From the IMG/VR virus record IMGVR_UViG_3300020045_014940, positions 1-27,753 of that record: 27,753 bases of DNA. One strand, written 5' to 3'. The DNA is from a virus. Taxonomy: Duplodnaviria > Caudoviricetes. Of this stretch, positions 25,446-27,753 are shown piece after piece (position 1 is the first letter of the stretch; every line of letters begins with the position of its first letter). The position numbers and the translations under genes were made by a program. A model generated the notes under the pieces. The model was not told the DNA's origin. It did no database searches and saw only the letters and a program-made list of their open reading frames with translations.

Positions 25446-26351
25446 TTAATTGTAAACTTCACTATATGTTTCTCCGTAAATATCACCCAATACTGGTATT
25501 TGTGCCGTATAATTTCCACTAGGAATAAACGATATTAATTCTAACGGCTCAAACAATTGATATTCGTATTCTTTTTGCTCATTGTAGTTAACTGCTATTT
25601 CAAACTCTTGATTAAATCTATTCGTGTCACCAATACGCTCATCCGATTGATTAATTAACTTATTAGTCATTCTGTTGCCGTTAACATAAATAACGGAGTT
25701 AGTGAGTAATTTGTTTAATCTTCGGTAAGTGAAATTATCAATACCTTTTTCAAAAATGTATTTTTCTAAATCGGTTGCAATTACGTTTGACGTTACACGA
25801 ATGCCGTCCGTACTTGTGTATTCCTTACTACTTTCTTCCGCATTATTAACGTCAAAATAGCAATGTAAAGATATTGCTTGATATTTATTTATTTTGTTGT
25901 AAGACGTGCCGTAAAAGTCTTTATAACTACGATATTCAAAGAAAGTATTAAACTGTTTTTGATAGTTAGTTATTAATATTGGATTGGAGTAAAAAACGTT
26001 GCTTAAAACTGCTGAGTGCCTAAATCTTAGTGATACTTCTTGCATATAGAAATCAGTACCAATATTAGTGATTTCAAACGCTATTTGTGGTAAACCTTGA
26101 TTGTCGATAAACTCAAAGATTGCTACTTTTTCTGTTATTTCCAGTAACTCATTACCTGAACAATCAACAATAAAAACGGTATAATTACCATCGAAAGCGA
26201 TGCCGTTTTTAGTGTTGGATATTTGAAAGTAAGTTTTATCGGTTTCTAAGCGTATAAACCAATTATTGACTATTGTAGCAACGGGAGAGTTGCGAGTGTA
26301 TCTCGCAAGTGATAAAGTTGGCTCTAGCCGAATAAAACTATAATCTTCCAT
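25446..26351 (-). CDS. Putative tail/structural protein
   Basis: 301 aa in tail operon; position and composition only. Confidence 0.6.
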   Translation of the reverse strand: MEDYSFIRLEPTLSLARYTRNSPVATIVNNWFIRLETDKTYFQISNTKNGIAFDGNYTVFIVDCSGNELLEITEKVAIFEFIDNQGLPQIAFEITNIGTDFYMQEVSLRFRHSAVLSNVFYSNPILITNYQKQFNTFFEYRSYKDFYGTSYNKINKYQAISLHCYFDVNNAEESSKEYTSTDGIRVTSNVIATDLEKYIFEKGIDNFTYRRLNKLLTNSVIYVNGNRMTNKLINQSDERIGDTNRFNQEFEIAVNYNEQKEYEYQLFEPLELISFIPSGNYTAQIPVLGDIYGETYSEVYN

Positions 26352-26389
26352 TAATTGTATCTATGTTTCACAACATTGATTTGGGTTGT

Positions 26390-26782
26390 TTACTTTTTAA
26401 AAATAGATATTTTACCTTTATCTACCGAAACAAAATAACCTAATTCAAATATTTCATTGGATATTTTAACTCCGTTAACTTCTATAAAGTCATTATCAAT
26501 ATGCTCAAAAACTTTATCAGATTTATTTACTGTTAGTTTTGGTTCTGTAAAATTACATGATGACTTAATAGCTTTAGACAATTTATCAATAGCTTTAACC
26601 GAATAGTAAAATTCTTTTTCTACTTTCTGTAATTTAAAATCGAAGTTTATTTTTCTAATAGTATAAATTGCTTTTTGTAGTTTTAAAAAATCGCTTACTT
26701 TTAAAGAACTAATTTCTGAAGAAAATATCTCATCGTTTTCTTCAATAATTTTACCAATCTGTTCTAAATACTTTTCTTCCAT
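26390..26782 (-). CDS. Hypothetical Lys/Glu-rich protein inserted in the tail operon
   Basis: 130 aa; composition unlike the flanking structural genes. Confidence 0.65.
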   Translation of the reverse strand: MEEKYLEQIGKIIEENDEIFSSEISSLKVSDFLKLQKAIYTIRKINFDFKLQKVEKEFYYSVKAIDKLSKAIKSSCNFTEPKLTVNKSDKVFEHIDNDFIEVNGVKISNEIFELGYFVSVDKGKISIFKK

Positions 26783-26787
26783 AATTT

Positions 26788-27753
26788 CTAATTTAATATT
26801 TCAAACATCGCATCGCTAAACTCTACCACATCATCATAAACAATTCCGTTAATAGAAATATTTGTAAATCGTATTGGTTTAGTTATTTCGATATTATTAT
26901 TGTCAAACAAAAGTACATAAATATCATTAATAATAAACTTATTTAAACCTATTTTTTCATCATAACCTACTTCGTTAACAAAAATAGTATCGCCATCTTT
27001 AACAATAGTCATATAATCGCTTTCAAATCGTTCTTCAATATCCATATCCAATTCGCCAGTTGACCAAACGTAATCCAACTCTTTGATATGTCCTTTAATC
27101 ATTCTACCATCAATTAACTTTACTCTAACAAAACCTTTTAAATTTTGAACATCTTTAACTAATTGCAAAATAGTATTAAAATCAGCAAACACAGAAACAC
27201 TATGCACAAATGGTGTTAATACTTTCAGTCCCGAAATATCGCTATTAAGAATATCTGCACTATCGCTTACAATCTCATCCTCTGTAAATAGTTTGGTTTC
27301 TAATTTACCATTGATTTTAAACGATGTAGTTTTTATTTTACCGTTTCTTTTAAAATTGGTTGCAGTTGCTAAATAAGGATACCAACGTTTAATATTTCGC
27401 CCCCAACTGTACATTAAATTGCTATATCCAGTTAATGCGTCAATTCCTGTAATAGTTTCAAATCCCTCTGTTGTTCTATTAGTGTAAAGCACATTATTTA
27501 ATACCCAACTAATAGTAATAAAAGCATCTCCGCTAAAATCAGGAGTTGCGGTTACTGGTGTTAATGTTACTATCGAAGTATCGACGGATAAAACGGTATA
27601 AGTTCCAGCGTTTTCTTCGCCCTCGATAGTGAATGATGCACCAACCTTAAAACCAAGTACTGTCCAATTGAAATTGATTAAATCCCCAGCTAAATTATTG
27701 TTCAACAATTTCAAAGTGCCATCGTCTTTTACTTGCATCGCTAATACCGAACC
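26788..27753 (-). CDS. Putative tail protein (3' part; starts beyond the right edge)
   Basis: Frame is open from 27753 (GGT TCG GTA TTA GCG ATG...), so the tracked ATG at 27738 is probably internal. Confidence 0.65.
   Translation of the reverse strand, partial: GSVLAMQVKDDGTLKLLNNNLAGDLINFNWTVLGFKVGASFTIEGEENAGTYTVLSVDTSIVTLTPVTATPDFSGDAFITISWVLNNVLYTNRTTEGFETITGIDALTGYSNLMYSWGRNIKRWYPYLATATNFKRNGKIKTTSFKINGKLETKLFTEDEIVSDSADILNSDISGLKVLTPFVHSVSVFADFNTILQLVKDVQNLKGFVRVKLIDGRMIKGHIKELDYVWSTGELDMDIEERFESDYMTIVKDGDTIFVNEVGYDEKIGLNKFIINDIYVLLFDNNNIEITKPIRFTNISINGIVYDDVVEFSDAMFEILN

Overview
A 27.7 kb, strongly AT-rich segment of a tailed dsDNA phage (or prophage) of a Bacteroidota host, most likely Flavobacterium-like. 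Support: TTG-N19/20-TAnnTTTG promoters, AATTATG starts without Shine-Dalgarno sites, and a DUF3127-type SSB. Read on the minus strand from the right end, the order is tail/tail-fibre genes, a membrane-protein/holin cluster, an M15 peptidase endolysin, a u-spanin-like lipoprotein, a plus-strand block of small early genes, a hexapeptide-repeat protein, a DNA methyltransferase, a Sak4-like ATPase, SSB, a Dda/RecD-like helicase fused to an HNH domain, an AAA_25-type helicase with an adjacent ori-like palindrome cluster, a small divergent gene block, terS and the 5' part of terL. No integrase, tRNA, CRISPR array or reverse transcriptase is visible. The most striking unexplained signal is three 5' leaders of unrelated sequence that share one architecture: promoter, a hairpin with a 7-nt loop motif, then a terminator-like hairpin whose apical loop carries the exact complement (a kissing-loop attenuator-like RNA). 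Also notable are a solitary attC-like gene cassette, a candidate ~60-nt anti-start-codon sRNA, a quasi-palindromic divergent promoter switch and a sharp CGCG compositional mosaic. All family assignments are from motif recognition by eye; no searches were run.
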